Assembly: GCA_047495785.1 (NCBI GenBank)
Contig: JBLDXI010000046.1
Span: forward strand, 1,488,001 to 1,552,000
Source: Lepidodermella squamata
Lineage: Eukaryota; Animalia; Gastrotricha
Direction of reading: 5' to 3'
DNA: 64,000 nucleotides
Under the pieces are notes generated by a model that made no database searches, had not been told where the DNA came from, and worked only from the letters and a program-made list of their open reading frames with translations. Positions 25,036 through 37,440 of this stretch are shown here, piece by piece. Position 1 is the first letter of the stretch; each line of letters begins with the position of its first letter. Made by a program: the position numbers and the translations under genes.

Positions 25036-25935
25036 GTGATCGCCGCACTAATCCATCTTAATCCGCCCCTTAAGGCGAAAGGCCGCACCTGACTGATAAT
25101 CAGTCGCCTTGAAATATAAAACGTCGCCCCGTTAGAATAAGAAAAGCGAAAATGTGATGATGATGCCTATTAGCCGCATCTCTATACCTTTATTTGGTAT
25201 CAATATTACATCGGCTGAACCGGTATATGAACCAAAATAGCTACCACAGGATATATGATTACCGCGGACGATAGCGATAGGAATATCGCGCGGACGATTT
25301 TTGGGACAATTTGGCAATCTGAGCAGTAAAGCAATAGCCACTAATGCTTGAGCAGGGACATATTAGGACATAAGACACTTACCAATCGTCCACCGGCCAG
25401 GTTTTGCTTGGAGGTTTTGGGACGGATTTATGTTCTAGGCATGCTTATTACAGGCCGAACAAATTACGACGTGGAAGCGTTGGTTGCGTCTCTCTTCAAG
25501 CATTTTATTACCACTGAAAGTTCACACACCCGCTGCGCCCCTCGCATGCCTGTCGAAGGTGTTGCATGCTCGCCGCGTTAAAGCGACTTGCCGGGGATCA
25601 AGGGATTATCTGCGTACGAGTGTTTACACGCCGGATATAAGCTACGTGTGAAGGACTCGATGTCCGGTCACTAAAATGGGCCGCTTTGACCACTACGCGC
25701 ACCATGCAGTTACTACCTGTAATAAATAGGAACTAACTGTGCTGTTCAGTTTTGCTGTCAAAAAGTTTGCGATATGGCTATCAAAGAGCTAAGACCTATT
25801 GCGAACAGCGATCGCTATTAGATCGCTCAAAGGTAGCGCTAACCTATAACGTGTAGTTTTATTATGTAGACCGTGCTATGTATCGCCCATCGGGCTGCTA
25901 TCCTCATCCGAAGGTCTTATTCGAACTGCTTATAT

Positions 25936-26180
25936 CAGTGCTCCGCAAACTTTTTTCACCATCGGCATTTTTGGCGGCCGGAAAGCCTAAGCTCCAGCCA
26001 CAATTTTGGCTGAAAATGGTGCAAAACAGGCTGATTTTCGGGTTATGATCGTGCGAAACAAGGCATCCGGCCGCATTCCAGCAATCCTTTGAGAAAATCC
26101 TACCGGCCGCCAATGGGCCGCCATGATCTGCCCAGCGGGCCGCACGTGGTCGGAAAAAAAACCGAGTTTGCGGAGCACTG
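25936..26180. mobile_element. hAT/Charlie-like MITE nested in the piggyBac
   Basis: CAGTGCTCCGCAAACT ... AGTTTGCGGAGCACTG 16-bp TIR with internal GGCCGC motifs; the 8-bp flanks match only 5/8. Confidence 0.7.
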
Positions 26181-27389
26181 ATTTAAATAAAAAATTAGCT
26201 GCCCAAGTTGGACAAATGAAATTGGGCGGTGGTTTAACCTGTCAGGGCGACTTTGTTTACTTTAGGGCGCACCTCTTCAAAACGAGGGCGCGCTATTATT
26301 GAATGGGGGCTGAGATTAAACGAGGGCGGACTTTTACCTTTTGGGGCGGCAGATTTTATTTTACCGTTTTTTAATGGATTTATCAAATCAATAAAAATCA
26401 GGAAATTTATGGCCTTGATCGATTTGATGGCAGTCCGTGACCTTGGCATTCAAGACTCGATAAGAAGAATCAGAAACTTATCCAACTTAAGCCATCTCGT
26501 TAATTCACCGCGCTCTGTAAATTTATTCGGTTTTATATGAAATTCCGCTTGACCACGCCATCGTAAAACAGAATTCTCATAGAATAATATGGAAAATGGC
26601 GTAGAATGGTATAGAAAAAAGAATGATAGATAATTCATCCAAAACTATATTACGACAAAAACCTTGATCCAGATTCAATAAAACGGTTTGACATGAATAT
26701 TTAGAATTTAGATGTTCTCATCAATATTTTCCAACTTTTCCAACTTTGCCATACCACATGTTCCAACGCATTCTAGTTATTGATGCAAGCAACCAGGTAG
26801 TTCAACTGGTTATTAAGATTGTTCGAATTTTTTCAAATTTTGCATATTTTTTAATAGCGGTCGACTATTTCGATCATCATTTCGATTTAAATAAAGCGCA
26901 CGCGCAATACATTAATTTTCCGACTTCTAAAACGTCAAAAATATTGTAAATGGTTGATGACTGACTTGTACAGTGAACGATGTCCATATTATGCAAAACT
27001 AAATAAATGAAACCGAATATCGATCAAAATTCATTTCCACCGCATCGGTAGCGTAAAATGATAAATATAGAGATGATTGTGTAACTCTAATTACGCAACA
27101 GAGCATCATGGCCCTCGTTAAAGAGCTTGTAATTAAGTGAAAAGAACATTGAAAAACGCACCTTGGGCGTCTTAACACGCCACAATGGTCACACAGTTAG
27201 TGCGTGTTCACACGCGAACGATGTTGCGTCACAAGACGCCAAATACATTAATTAGGGCAAAAAGAGCAATTAAAGGCGCATTTACCAACCGTTTACCAAC
27301 ATTTACCATTTACTGTAAAAAATAAAAAAACAGTTTTATCGCGCATTTTTTAATCGTTTTCTCGCTGCTGTCTGCTAACAGCATTTTCA

Positions 27390-29153
27390 ATGGCTGATGC
27401 TGCTGTTGCCGCTGCCGCTGCTGCTGCTGTTGAAGTCGTCTTCGACGACAACCTTGGCGATACCGACTCCGATCTATCAAGCGATGACGATGACGATTTG
27501 CCTCTGGCAACGCTGAAGCCGGATATCAAGGGCGCCTGGGGAAAGCTGAATGAAGTACCCAAGAACTACACGCAACCTCAAGTTTTCAACCGCCCTCAAG
27601 GTCTAACCTATGAAATTCGGGCTGCATATCGTTTGGCTACAACGACCGCCGATGACGATGAACCGGAAGGTGACGATGAACCGATCGCCGGGCCTAAGCC
27701 TCGCCGAGACATTGGCAACCAACGATTCGGAAGGTTGGTCATCTTGGAACTATGTTTCCCGTCTTCGCGTTGATAATCGCTCAGACAAATCAATACTCGC
27801 ACCAGTCTTATCAACCGGGCATGCAGCAGTTCAATCATCTTGAAGAGCCTGAGTTGTTGCGATTCATTGCGATTCTGATTTGCATGGGACTGGTCGACTT
27901 GCCTGGTATTCGTCTGTACTGGAAGGAATCTGATGGTCTTTTTTATCAAGGTAAATTTTTTGTCTAATTTTCATGCTTTGTACTTAATTTTTGCTGATAT
28001 AGAGTACATCGCCACAACAGATGGTCGCCTGGAAAGGCCCGTGTAACATAAAGCAATATATGGATGCGAAGCCACTAAATGGGGCCTCAAGTTCTGGGCA
28101 CTGGCTGCCTCAGTTTCGGGTTATGTCTATAACTTTTCGCTTTACACCGGCAAAGACAGAAGTAAGTATTATTGTGAAACTCGCGCTTGAATTTGATTTC
28201 ATCTCAATTAGCTCGCGGCGACGACGCTGCCAAAGCAGGAGTTGGCGAGCGCGTCGTGTTGGATCTGGTTCGCGATTATCGGCTTCTTCCATAAGGTAAT
28301 TATGGATAATTTCTTTTCGTCCCCTTCGCTTTTTTTGAAGCTCCTGGGACAAAATGTTCTTGCGTTGGGAACGGTGCGAACTAATCGCGTTGGCCTTGAA
28401 AAATCGGTGCCAATCAAGGACCGGAAACCAGTCCGGGATTCGTACCAGTTCAAGTTTCTGTCGAACAATCTTATCTACCTGAGCTGGGCAGTGAGTCAAT
28501 TTTGTATTTTCTTATTTTGGTGACTACTATTCTTACCCTAGGATAAAAGGGTGGTCAATTTTTTGTCAACCTGGCACAATGGGGTCAAAGCCGCTGAAGG
28601 CGTGAAGCGCAGAACCGCACACGGCCAGAGCATTGACGTCGATTGTCCGACCCTGGTGAAAGCGTACCAAGGCCTCATGCGTGGCGTCGATATGGCCGAT
28701 CGCCTTCGTACGACGTACAGCATCTACATTCCGGGTCGGAAATGGTGGCGAGTGGTGTTTTACTGGGGTCTCGAAACTGCACTGAACAACGCCTTCATTG
28801 TATGGCGGCAGGTTTGCGAGGACGCACTCGACGCACTCGATTTTCGGCGCGAACTCATCGCTGAGCTGCTTGCTGCCGCGCAATTGGCTCCAAACACGGC
28901 CACTGGGAAACGCCGCAGGTGCGATGTCAATGTCGCGTTGACGCCTACGACGGCTTGGCGAGCTGGCGGCCACTACCCGGAACACAACGGCTACCTGCCT
29001 GGAAGCACGACTTCGGTAATGCGCCGTTGCCGACTCTGCCACGCCCAAGGCAAGCGCAAAGAAACTTTTATTCACTGTGCGAAATGCCCGGAATCGTACC
29101 TTTGCGTTGTACCTTGCTTCGGGCAGTATGGACCTCACCGTGGCCAAGCTTGA
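27390..29153 (+). pseudogene. Decayed, intron-containing piggyBac (PGBD4-like) transposase
   Basis: Acidic N-terminus, ELLRFIAILICMG...YW, KQYM..KP/KWGLK, MDNFFSS, GTVRTNR, W|DKR, MRGVDMAD, KWWR and a C-terminal CRD. There are frameshifts, a deletion of the region carrying the first catalytic Asp, and introns at ~27951, ~28162 and 28491. Confidence 0.92.
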
Positions 29154-29556
29154 AATCGAAATACGAACTTCCAATGATTTTTCCTGATTTTTGTCCATAT
29201 TTTCTGACATTTTTCTACTAATAAAATGATGAATAAAACTATAAAATTAGCATATGCGCGTGTTTGGACGCCTCAATTTTTGCGTGTGAAGACGCCTCAT
29301 TAGCGTGTCGAGACGTCTTAGTAATTTTTTTCGCAACTTGCGGGTATAGACGTCGAGTTTTTGAAAAAGCGGGTATACGCGTCCAAGTTGACGTGTAAAC
29401 ACGCAAAATCACCGAAAAACGCCTTTGCGTGTATACGCGCACATAGACACGCGCTGCCGTAGGCGCTGGAGGGTTTTAACGCTTGACTGCCATTTTTGGT
29501 TTTTGGCAGAAGTTAGTTTTCGGCATAATCTATTCGAAGCAATCCCGTCTAACCGT

Positions 29557-31248
29557 GGTAGGACATAAGGGCGCAGACATAAGCGCGCCGACATTAGGGC
29601 GCCGACTTTAGGGCGAAAGACAAAAGGGCGCGAGGGCATAAGGGCGCCAGATAATATTGCCAATTATTTTTATTTAATACTTATTAGTACCAATTATTAG
29701 TACCTTATTAGATGGAGGTAACTGAAAGTAACCTGTTAATCGGCTCAATACTTGCCATGGCGGTACGAATACCCTTCGTGATGAATGTTTTGCCTTCCAT
29801 TCTGTGACGTCGCTTGTGATTGGAGCATTCCAATTTATCGCCTGCTGCAGGCGCAAGAGGTCGAATCCCTTGTTGCGCTGGAGCAGCAGCGCCCATGTTC
29901 GCTGGAGCCTGTTGTCGAGGAGCAGTAGCAGCAGCACGGAGGTCGGGCGGTAACTTTTGCGTACGTGGAATTGCGTCGAACACGTTGTTTTGAGGTAACA
30001 TTTGTGGTGTTGCCTCAAAACAAGAGTTCGGGCTTCGAGAGCAGTTTCCTGTATGCGGTCTTGCGCCAGCTAATCCAGCCCGAACCCTTGCAGCTGTTCG
30101 ATAGGAACGTCTTCTTGCCGCATCAGTTGGTTAAGATCATAGACCATAGACATAATTCAGGATAGACTGCTTACTCACGAGAAAAAGGGTGCTACGCCAT
30201 GGGCGCCAGATGGTCAGCTGATTCATCAGCGCTTGGAGGAAAAATAAACAAAATATTCGATTCTTTTTTTACTGGTTCCGAGCTGGTTTCAATTTTCCCA
30301 AGGGTCTGGTTGAAAGATCCAGGCAGAGGAAATCACGAGGAACACGCTGATTATTTTTTCGAAATTTTTAAAGGAATTTAAACTGGTCTTATAAACAAAA
30401 AATGGTTTCGCAATTATAAATAAAATAAAATGTTGGGATCTAAGAAGTTGAATTTGAAAGAGTTTTTTAATGGTCCAGGTAGCCCGCATCGTGGTCCACA
30501 TTTTGATACTTGGAGCGAACTTCGATGGTTTTTCAATGATTTTCCACGAAATTTTAGAGAAGAAATCTCAACTTCCAGCTATTCAAAAACTGGAGGTTTC
30601 GAGTTGGAATCTTTGTTGACAGCACGTGCGCCACACACACATGGCGTAGCTGGAAAAAGGTTGTAGTTGGGCTTTTCTTTAAATATAATGCCGATTCCGC
30701 TTGGTGATATTTTGAAAATTTCGTGGAAAATCAGTGAAAAATCATCGAAGTTCGCTCCAAGTATCAAAATTTGGACCACGATGCGGGCTACCTGGACCTG
30801 TATTTAAAAATTTCGCAAAAAATTATCAGCGTGTTCCTCGTGATTTCCTCTGCCTGGAAAATTGAAACCAGCTCGGAACCAGTAAAAAAGAATCGAATAT
30901 TTTGTTTATTTTTCCTCCAAGCGCTGATGAATCAGCTGACCATCTGATTCTCGGTTCAAAGTTTGTACGATTTGAATTTTATTTCAAAAATGAGAAGCGA
31001 TGAATTTGAAATGTTCGAGAATGGGTTATATTTGCCAGCACTCTGTATCGTAAAACAATTAATTACCTCAACATGCGTCGCATAGCCATCGTTTTAAAAA
31101 ATTATAACTACTAGGCCTTCGTTATACATAACAATCAGGCGCCCTTTTGTCCCAGCGCCCTTTTGTCTGCGCCCTTCGGTCTTTCGCCCTTTTGTCCGGC
31201 GCCCTTATGTCTTTCGCGCTTTTACCCGCGCCCTTATGTCATGGTACC
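29557..31248. mobile_element. Foldback/Mutator-like element with tandem-repeat TIRs and internal cargo
   Basis: Array of (gacataagggcgc)n at 29560-29650 and its inverse (gcgcccttatgtc)n at 31139-31240. Confidence 0.65.
30207..30946. mobile_element. 740-bp long-TIR MITE nested in the foldback element
   Basis: cagatggtcagctgattcatcagcgcttggagg... matches its exact inverse ending at 30946; arms exceed 200 bp, with indels. Confidence 0.8.
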
Positions 31249-31556
31249 GACACATTTTACGGTATATTTGGGATTTGTTTCTCATTGCGGTAGTCTTGCG
31301 GTGGTTAAGAGGAACTTTGTCTGTAGAAGACCCGAAAAACTCCCGAAATATTCGCAATATGAACCTTACAGACAAAACGAGAACAGCCCTCTAGCCCCAC
31401 AAAGACCTTTCTGTGAGAGGTTAGACGGGTAGTCTGTAAGGTTCATATTGCGAATATTTCGGGAGTTTTTCGGGTCTTCTACCGACAAAGTTCCTCTTAA
31501 CTACCGCAAGACTACCGCAATGAGAAACAAATCCCAAATATACCGTAAAATGTGTC
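31249..31556. repeat. Near-perfect palindrome with ~125-bp arms and a ~58-bp spacer
   Basis: gacacattttacggtatatttggg...ccttacagac / gtctgtaagg...cccaaatataccgtaaaatgtgtc. Confidence 0.92.
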
Positions 31557-31926
31557 ATTTGGACCAGAATCAGCAAAATATCGATTATCTAGCCCTTTTA
31601 CGCTAGAAAACTTAAAATTCCAGCTAGAAATAGTTAATTTCGGTTGAAAATTAAAATTGGCCCCAATGACCTGATTTTCATTCATTATGAGTGCAATGAT
31701 TTTCATAACTCTATTCTCTATGGGTATTGGAAATAAAATCACTTATTTTTATTTTATTTTTATTTAAATTTTCTGAATAGTAGAAAACACTGATTTTTAT
31801 TTTCGAAAAACGCGATTTCGTTCGAAGTTTTACCCCATGTTGGAATATTCAGATTAAGGCGGATTTTTTTTCAATAATTCTTAATTGTGGTTTTTCCAGC
31901 CGCATTCAGGCATTTCTAACCCAAAC

Positions 31927-32539
31927 TTATGAACGGCAAGTTTCGTTAGCTCTTGGAATGAGTCGCTCGTAGCAGCATGACGACTTGGTGGGGTCGAACT
32001 TCACCTTCCCGCAGCATTTTCCAAGGCCGTCGCTAAGAACGCCGGCGCAACACGTTTTCTTTGTCGAATCGTAACCAATCGTATCGCAACACGTCGCCCA
32101 AAGGCCTCGATTAACCGCGCCGTTACAGCATGTTGAAACCGTCGGTTCGTAAGTTTTACTGCCACAACACGGCCTGTTCATGCCTCTGTTGATGCGGCCG
32201 TTGCAACACGTTTGGCTTTTCGGGTCGAATTTGGCCCTATCGCAGCATAACTGATTGGCTCCATCAACCAGGGTCTCGTTACAACACGTATATTTCGCCA
32301 CGTCGTAAGTCTGAGTGGCGCAGCAGGGTAGATACGGGCCGGAATGAAGATAACCCCTGCAGCACGTGTATTGGCTCCTGCTGTAATTTCCTCTCAGACA
32401 TGACGAGGGAGCGACTGGGGTGATAAAATAAGGTAAGGTTAGGATGCGACTGGAATCTTATCATACCTTGGGCTATGATTGTGCTGTATTGCGCCAACAG
32501 GCAGCCAACTGCACCGACAAGTATTATACGCGGGAGCAT
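31927..32539 (-). CDS. Galaxin-like secreted Cys-rich protein, copy B (exons 32539-32467, 32414-31927)
   Basis: Nearly identical to 15909-16521. Confidence 0.88.
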
Positions 32540-34010
32540 TTTCAATTAAATAGCGGTGAAAAAGTGGCGCAGGTTGTTTCAGCTTTTGTGAAACGTTTAT
32601 TTATTTACTTTTGAACACCTTGCCCATTCAATCCAGCATTTTGCGCAGGTACACATCTATTCTTTCAGATTCGTTGAGCAAATAATAAGCTCAGGAATAA
32701 TTTTACCGCTCGTTTTCGATAGACAGAGATTGAAATTTTATACAGCGATTCATGGATTTTAATTTTGTTTTTCGAAATTCGATCTGCGAAACACAGAGAT
32801 AACTTCTATTTTGAAAGTGAGGTTTTCAAAAAATATTTATGTCGCTATATCAAGATCAAACAAGCAGTCGAACCGTATCAAAAATGGGTTGATAGTCACA
32901 GGGTTGCTGAGAAATTCAAAGTTTACTAGAAAAAAGTGATAATTTCGAAAAAAGTGCGCCTCAAAATTTCGAGTTTTTTTATAAGTAGACTGAATTAATA
33001 AATAATCACGCAATAAATTCTTATTTTTTTTCTTTATGCACAGTCGACAGTTTTTAGGGTAATCTGAGGATAGGAGCCTCTTTTAGACGACTCAAATTTG
33101 AACATTTAAAATCCATAAAAAGGTAAGTAAGGAAATCGCCGTCCTTCAAGTTTGCGATTCGCTGGAAAATACAGAAAATTCGCCAAACTCCTCTTTTCAC
33201 TTGTAAACGGTCATTTTATTTTTAATTTAGATCGAAATGTATAATAGACAGCCGGTTAAAATGATAACTAAATTAGCATTGAAAATTAGCCGGCCGCTCG
33301 AGTCAAGGCAGCCAACATTTGAGCTGCACGTGCTGCTACATTACCTTGTAAGAAGCGTACAATCCCCTCAAGGTTGGAGCGGCAATACCGGCCACGCCAG
33401 CCGTCGCCAGAGCCGCGTCCGTGTAGACGGAAAACTGAGCATTGCAACAAAAAATGTTACACCGACCCGTTGTGTTACATTGGCCATATTTGCCACCGCC
33501 CGGACAGCATTTTGCGTCAACTTGAACGGCAGACAGTTAAAGTGTAAAAAGGCCGATATATAGAGCACTGCGCCTAAAATTCGGCCATTTTTTGGGGTTT
33601 TCCTACTTCGCCACCAAAAGGTGAATTGTAGAATTTTCGGAAAATAATATTTATAATACTGAAATGACGCCTCGTGTTCTGAAATGTCGCTCAGAAAATA
33701 AGTTATAATTCATTTCATTTTCACGGAATCCTGTTTCAATAGATATACAGGTGCAATGATCTCCAAACATCACAACGAAACACAACGGCTGTGTCACGCA
33801 GTGAGCATAATCGGATTACAGTGAACGAACCGCTATTGTTCTGAGCCGCTAACTGGCGTCAAGTAGGCGCCTTGACACCTTAAGCAGCACTGGGCACCTC
33901 TTTTTACGCCCAAGCAATAAAAACGGAATATTAATAGCTCGATTTACCAATCAGCGTTCCATCAGAATTGAACTTTTGAGTGGTTCCACAATGTTTTTGT
34001 GTGGTTCAAC

Positions 34011-35169
34011 ATGATCCAGAACTTGGTTCTCAGCCTAGCTGCAATTGCCCTCATCGGTCAAACTGTCCTGTCTTGCTCAACGACAAATGACCGGCAATAC
34101 AAGGCGTTAGCTCCAGGCGCCACGCTTCCGCCAGAGAGAGACAACGACTTGGCTTCCCATCGCCCACTCGGGATGGATATTCCGGCTCTTCCAGGCCAGG
34201 ACAACGACCAGTACCTCAACGACACTGGCTACGGCGCTGGAACAGACGGCAACGATCCGAAAAACCCAGTGCGAGACGGTGTCAACGACTTTGGCTGTGA
34301 GCGGCCATACCCTCGCCAGACAGTCAACAAAAACGAGATGGTTTGCTTTAATCGAAACTACTCAACGATCACCTTCAAGTGCGGTGCCTATTCGAACCTC
34401 GGATCAGAGACCTGCCCGAACAACACCAACAACATGTTCGGCATGCGTTACCTGTGGAGCCAGCCGACCAGCGAGGTTCTCCGTTTCTGGGTCAAACAGT
34501 GTGGGGATATTACGACGAAAACGTTCAAGCGCTGCATCCCAACGCCACCTGCAGCAGCGGCGACGAACTTCAATCTGCCGCCACCCGGCAAGATGGCTCT
34601 GCCCCGCTGCCGCACCTCCTGCGATGTGAACTCGGACGGCAGAGAGCAGGAGATCACAATTGGCACCACGAGAAGCTTCAGCACGCTGAGTGACTGTACT
34701 CACTATTACGCCTTCATCGCCTGTGCGCCAAACAACACGAATGCCCTGAAGGCGGACTGTTTCCCGGACTTCACGATGTGCCCACCGGGTCTTTCGCGCA
34801 TCACCAGCCTCGGCCCGTACATAGTCTCAGTCGACTCATCGACGGCCAACGTAACAGCCGCCGTTGAAACTGCGCGCCAATCATGCAAGGCTGCATTGGC
34901 TGCTGTAAGGAATTAACAGCTCATCATTTGCAGTTGTAATAGCTTTTCCCCCTTTTTAGCAAATCTACATTCTGTGCAAGGACGGCAGCGGCAACTGCGG
35001 TTGCCGCGTATTGGCAATTACTCCGACCTGCTTGATCGGTGAGACCCCCATTTACAACATCGGTACCGCTCCATGGAACAGCTTGACCGCCTGCCAAGCT
35101 GCTGGTGCCGACGCTGCTAACAGCTGCACTAAAATGGTTGGTTCAACCACTCCGGCGGCTGGTCGCTAA
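34011..35169 (+). CDS. Orphan secreted Cys-rich protein, ~367 aa (exons 34011-34904, 34960-35169)
   Basis: Signal peptide MIQNLVLSLAAIALIGQTVLS, strong codon bias, in-frame GT-AG intron and a paralogous pseudogene; no recognised domain. Confidence 0.8.
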
Positions 35170-36867
35170 TTGCTTTCATTACTGCTGAACAACGGCAGAA
35201 AGATGTGCTGATTTTTTAAGCTGATTTCCTATAGACGAGCTAATGAACAAGATTGATCAACAATGCAATTCTAATAAAGCTTACATGCTGAACTATTTCG
35301 ATGATTCATTAATTTATGCCCTTGAATTTTAAGGTTATTGAATTCTCGTATCTGCTGGTCTGAGATTAAGCTAGAAAATAGTTGAATAGCCCCAGAGATT
35401 TTCTTAAAATAAATAAAATACGTGTATAGATTCGATAGCACTGCCTTATACCATTGGTAAACCCCACAACATTAGTTTAGAAAAAAGACGCTAACAATTG
35501 GGTGAAATCAACTTAGCGATCCCGCGATAGTGCTGAACCCGATTTCGCTACAAATAAACATGGAATGGCGCAGTTGATCGAAGATCATTCATCATTAGTT
35601 CTTCGATTAATTGTGCACTTTTAAATATCATTTTAAATGGAAGTGTGAAGAACTCGCACGCATTGTCAAATCACTGGCAAAATCAGGAGTCTTTCCCTAT
35701 TTTCATTAAGTTCGATAGAGGGATCTTTCAGGTCTCCTGAGCTTTCTAAGCCTAATTTCATGTTTTTGTTGGCAAATTTGATAAGGCCCGCAACTCATCA
35801 CAGCCTTCTATAGGTGTTTCTTAATCAGTTTGAAATGCAGAATATTACGGTCATAAAGTTTTGATTATAACGTTAACGGAAAGCCGTTTGTACGCAGGCG
35901 GCTACAGGTTCATAGCCAGAAACTCGGCAATCAGCAATCGTCAGCAGCCTCAAGTCTCGTACCGCGCAGCTTCACGGTCCGACTCAAGGTCTAGCGACAC
36001 AGGCAGCTCGCGAGACCGGCCGCCGCTCGAATCGACGTCAACGCCAGCCCAGCCCGCTTCGATCGATCGACATTGTCTCGACTCGCGAGACCAACGAGAC
36101 ATTATCGACCGCTATGAATCGAAACTAGCTCAATTCATCCGTTCGTGCTCGCATCAAAGCGGCATCACGGCCCACGAACAAAATGTTGTGACTAATTTGT
36201 CGCCGCCATGCAGGCCGACGGCGGCGCATCGTTCGCGATCCAGCCCAGCGACCCCGACCGTCTACGGGACTACTCAGCATGCACTGCGAGTGTACAAGGC
36301 GCCTCAACAATCAGAACCGAAGGACCATAGCAACCCTACTAAAACCCTAATCCCAAGCGTTCCCATACAACCTCCGTACGTACGGACGGATGGATGGCGG
36401 CATTTCCATCCAATACGCGATAAGAAGCTGAAAGATATACATCTAATAAAAAATTTATATTAATTTATTCGTCCTGCTTGGGCGTGGGATATGTGCACCA
36501 TTGAGCGACAGATAAGCGAAACCTGTCAACTCGCTCAACTGAATGCATGATGTCGTAGCGAAATGAGAGAAAGCGGTTTCATTCTTCTTATCACCATCAG
36601 ACTTAAAGCCCTAGGTACTATAGCTCGATTAAAAACTACATTTCGGCACGACTTTTATAATGGGTTCCAACTATAGGCATCCATTTCCGGCCTTATACAT
36701 TGCGGGTCATGAAAACTACAATCCAAAGGTTATTTTTCCACAGAAAATATTGAAATTTCACTCGACGCATAAATAAGAAATAGCTTATATTATCTCACTG
36801 CCCTGAATAAACTTTTGTTTTCTCTAGTTTTCTCTAGTTGGTTTTCAAGGTTAAATATTAGGCGAAA

Positions 36868-37440
36868 ATGTTGTCCTCGGCACACAAATCGATGTCCGAG
36901 TTTGCGGAAATAAATGTATCGGGCCGTGGTGAATTTGGATCAGCGTGGCATAGTAAACGGTGTGGTGATTAAGTGTCTCGGCAGTTTTTTGGCGGCGCTT
37001 ACACTGGCCCCAACATTGCCAGCCAGTATCTTCACCACCTCGACGTGGCCATTCTGGGCGGCGATGAACAATGGCATCCAGCCATCATTTTTTACATCTG
37101 TTCAGCTGTTAAGCAAGGCAAAGAATGCAAACGCGAATGGTGTAACATATGATGGCCGGACGCTATTGTTCATCGCCGCCTAGAATGGCCGCGTCGAGGT
37201 GCTGAAGACACTGGCTGGCGATTTTGTGGCCAATGTTAGTGCCACCAAAAAAAAATTGGCGAGATACTATTGATTACGGCTGCGCATCATGGTCAATACG
37301 CTGCTGTCGAATTGCTGATCATGAAATTCAAGGCAAATGTTAAAAATATTCACCCAGGCCTTATCAGACGCAATGAACTGTGATCAGGATGTTTCAACCG
37401 AGAACAAACGATGAACAATGGAAATAGGAGCAAAAGCAAA
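36868..37440 (+). pseudogene. Collapsed copy of the kinase-ankyrin gene, with an inverted ankyrin segment
   Basis: atgttgtcctcggcacacaaatcgatgtccgag matches the 20354 start. Most of the gene is deleted; an ankyrin piece is inverted at ~36970-37090 and forward ankyrin pieces contain stops. Confidence 0.85.

Larger units (their letters stand above)
23947..29473 (+). mobile_element. piggyBac element, ~5.5 kb
   Basis: TTAA|CCCTCCAACGCCTACG ... CGTAGGCGCTGGAGGG|TTTTAA (16-bp TIR with one mismatch; right TSD imperfect), ACACGC-type subterminal repeats and an internal transposase. Confidence 0.9.

Noticed and set aside
28566-29210. 214-aa antisense ORF
   Set aside because: Shadow of the GC-rich transposase exon.
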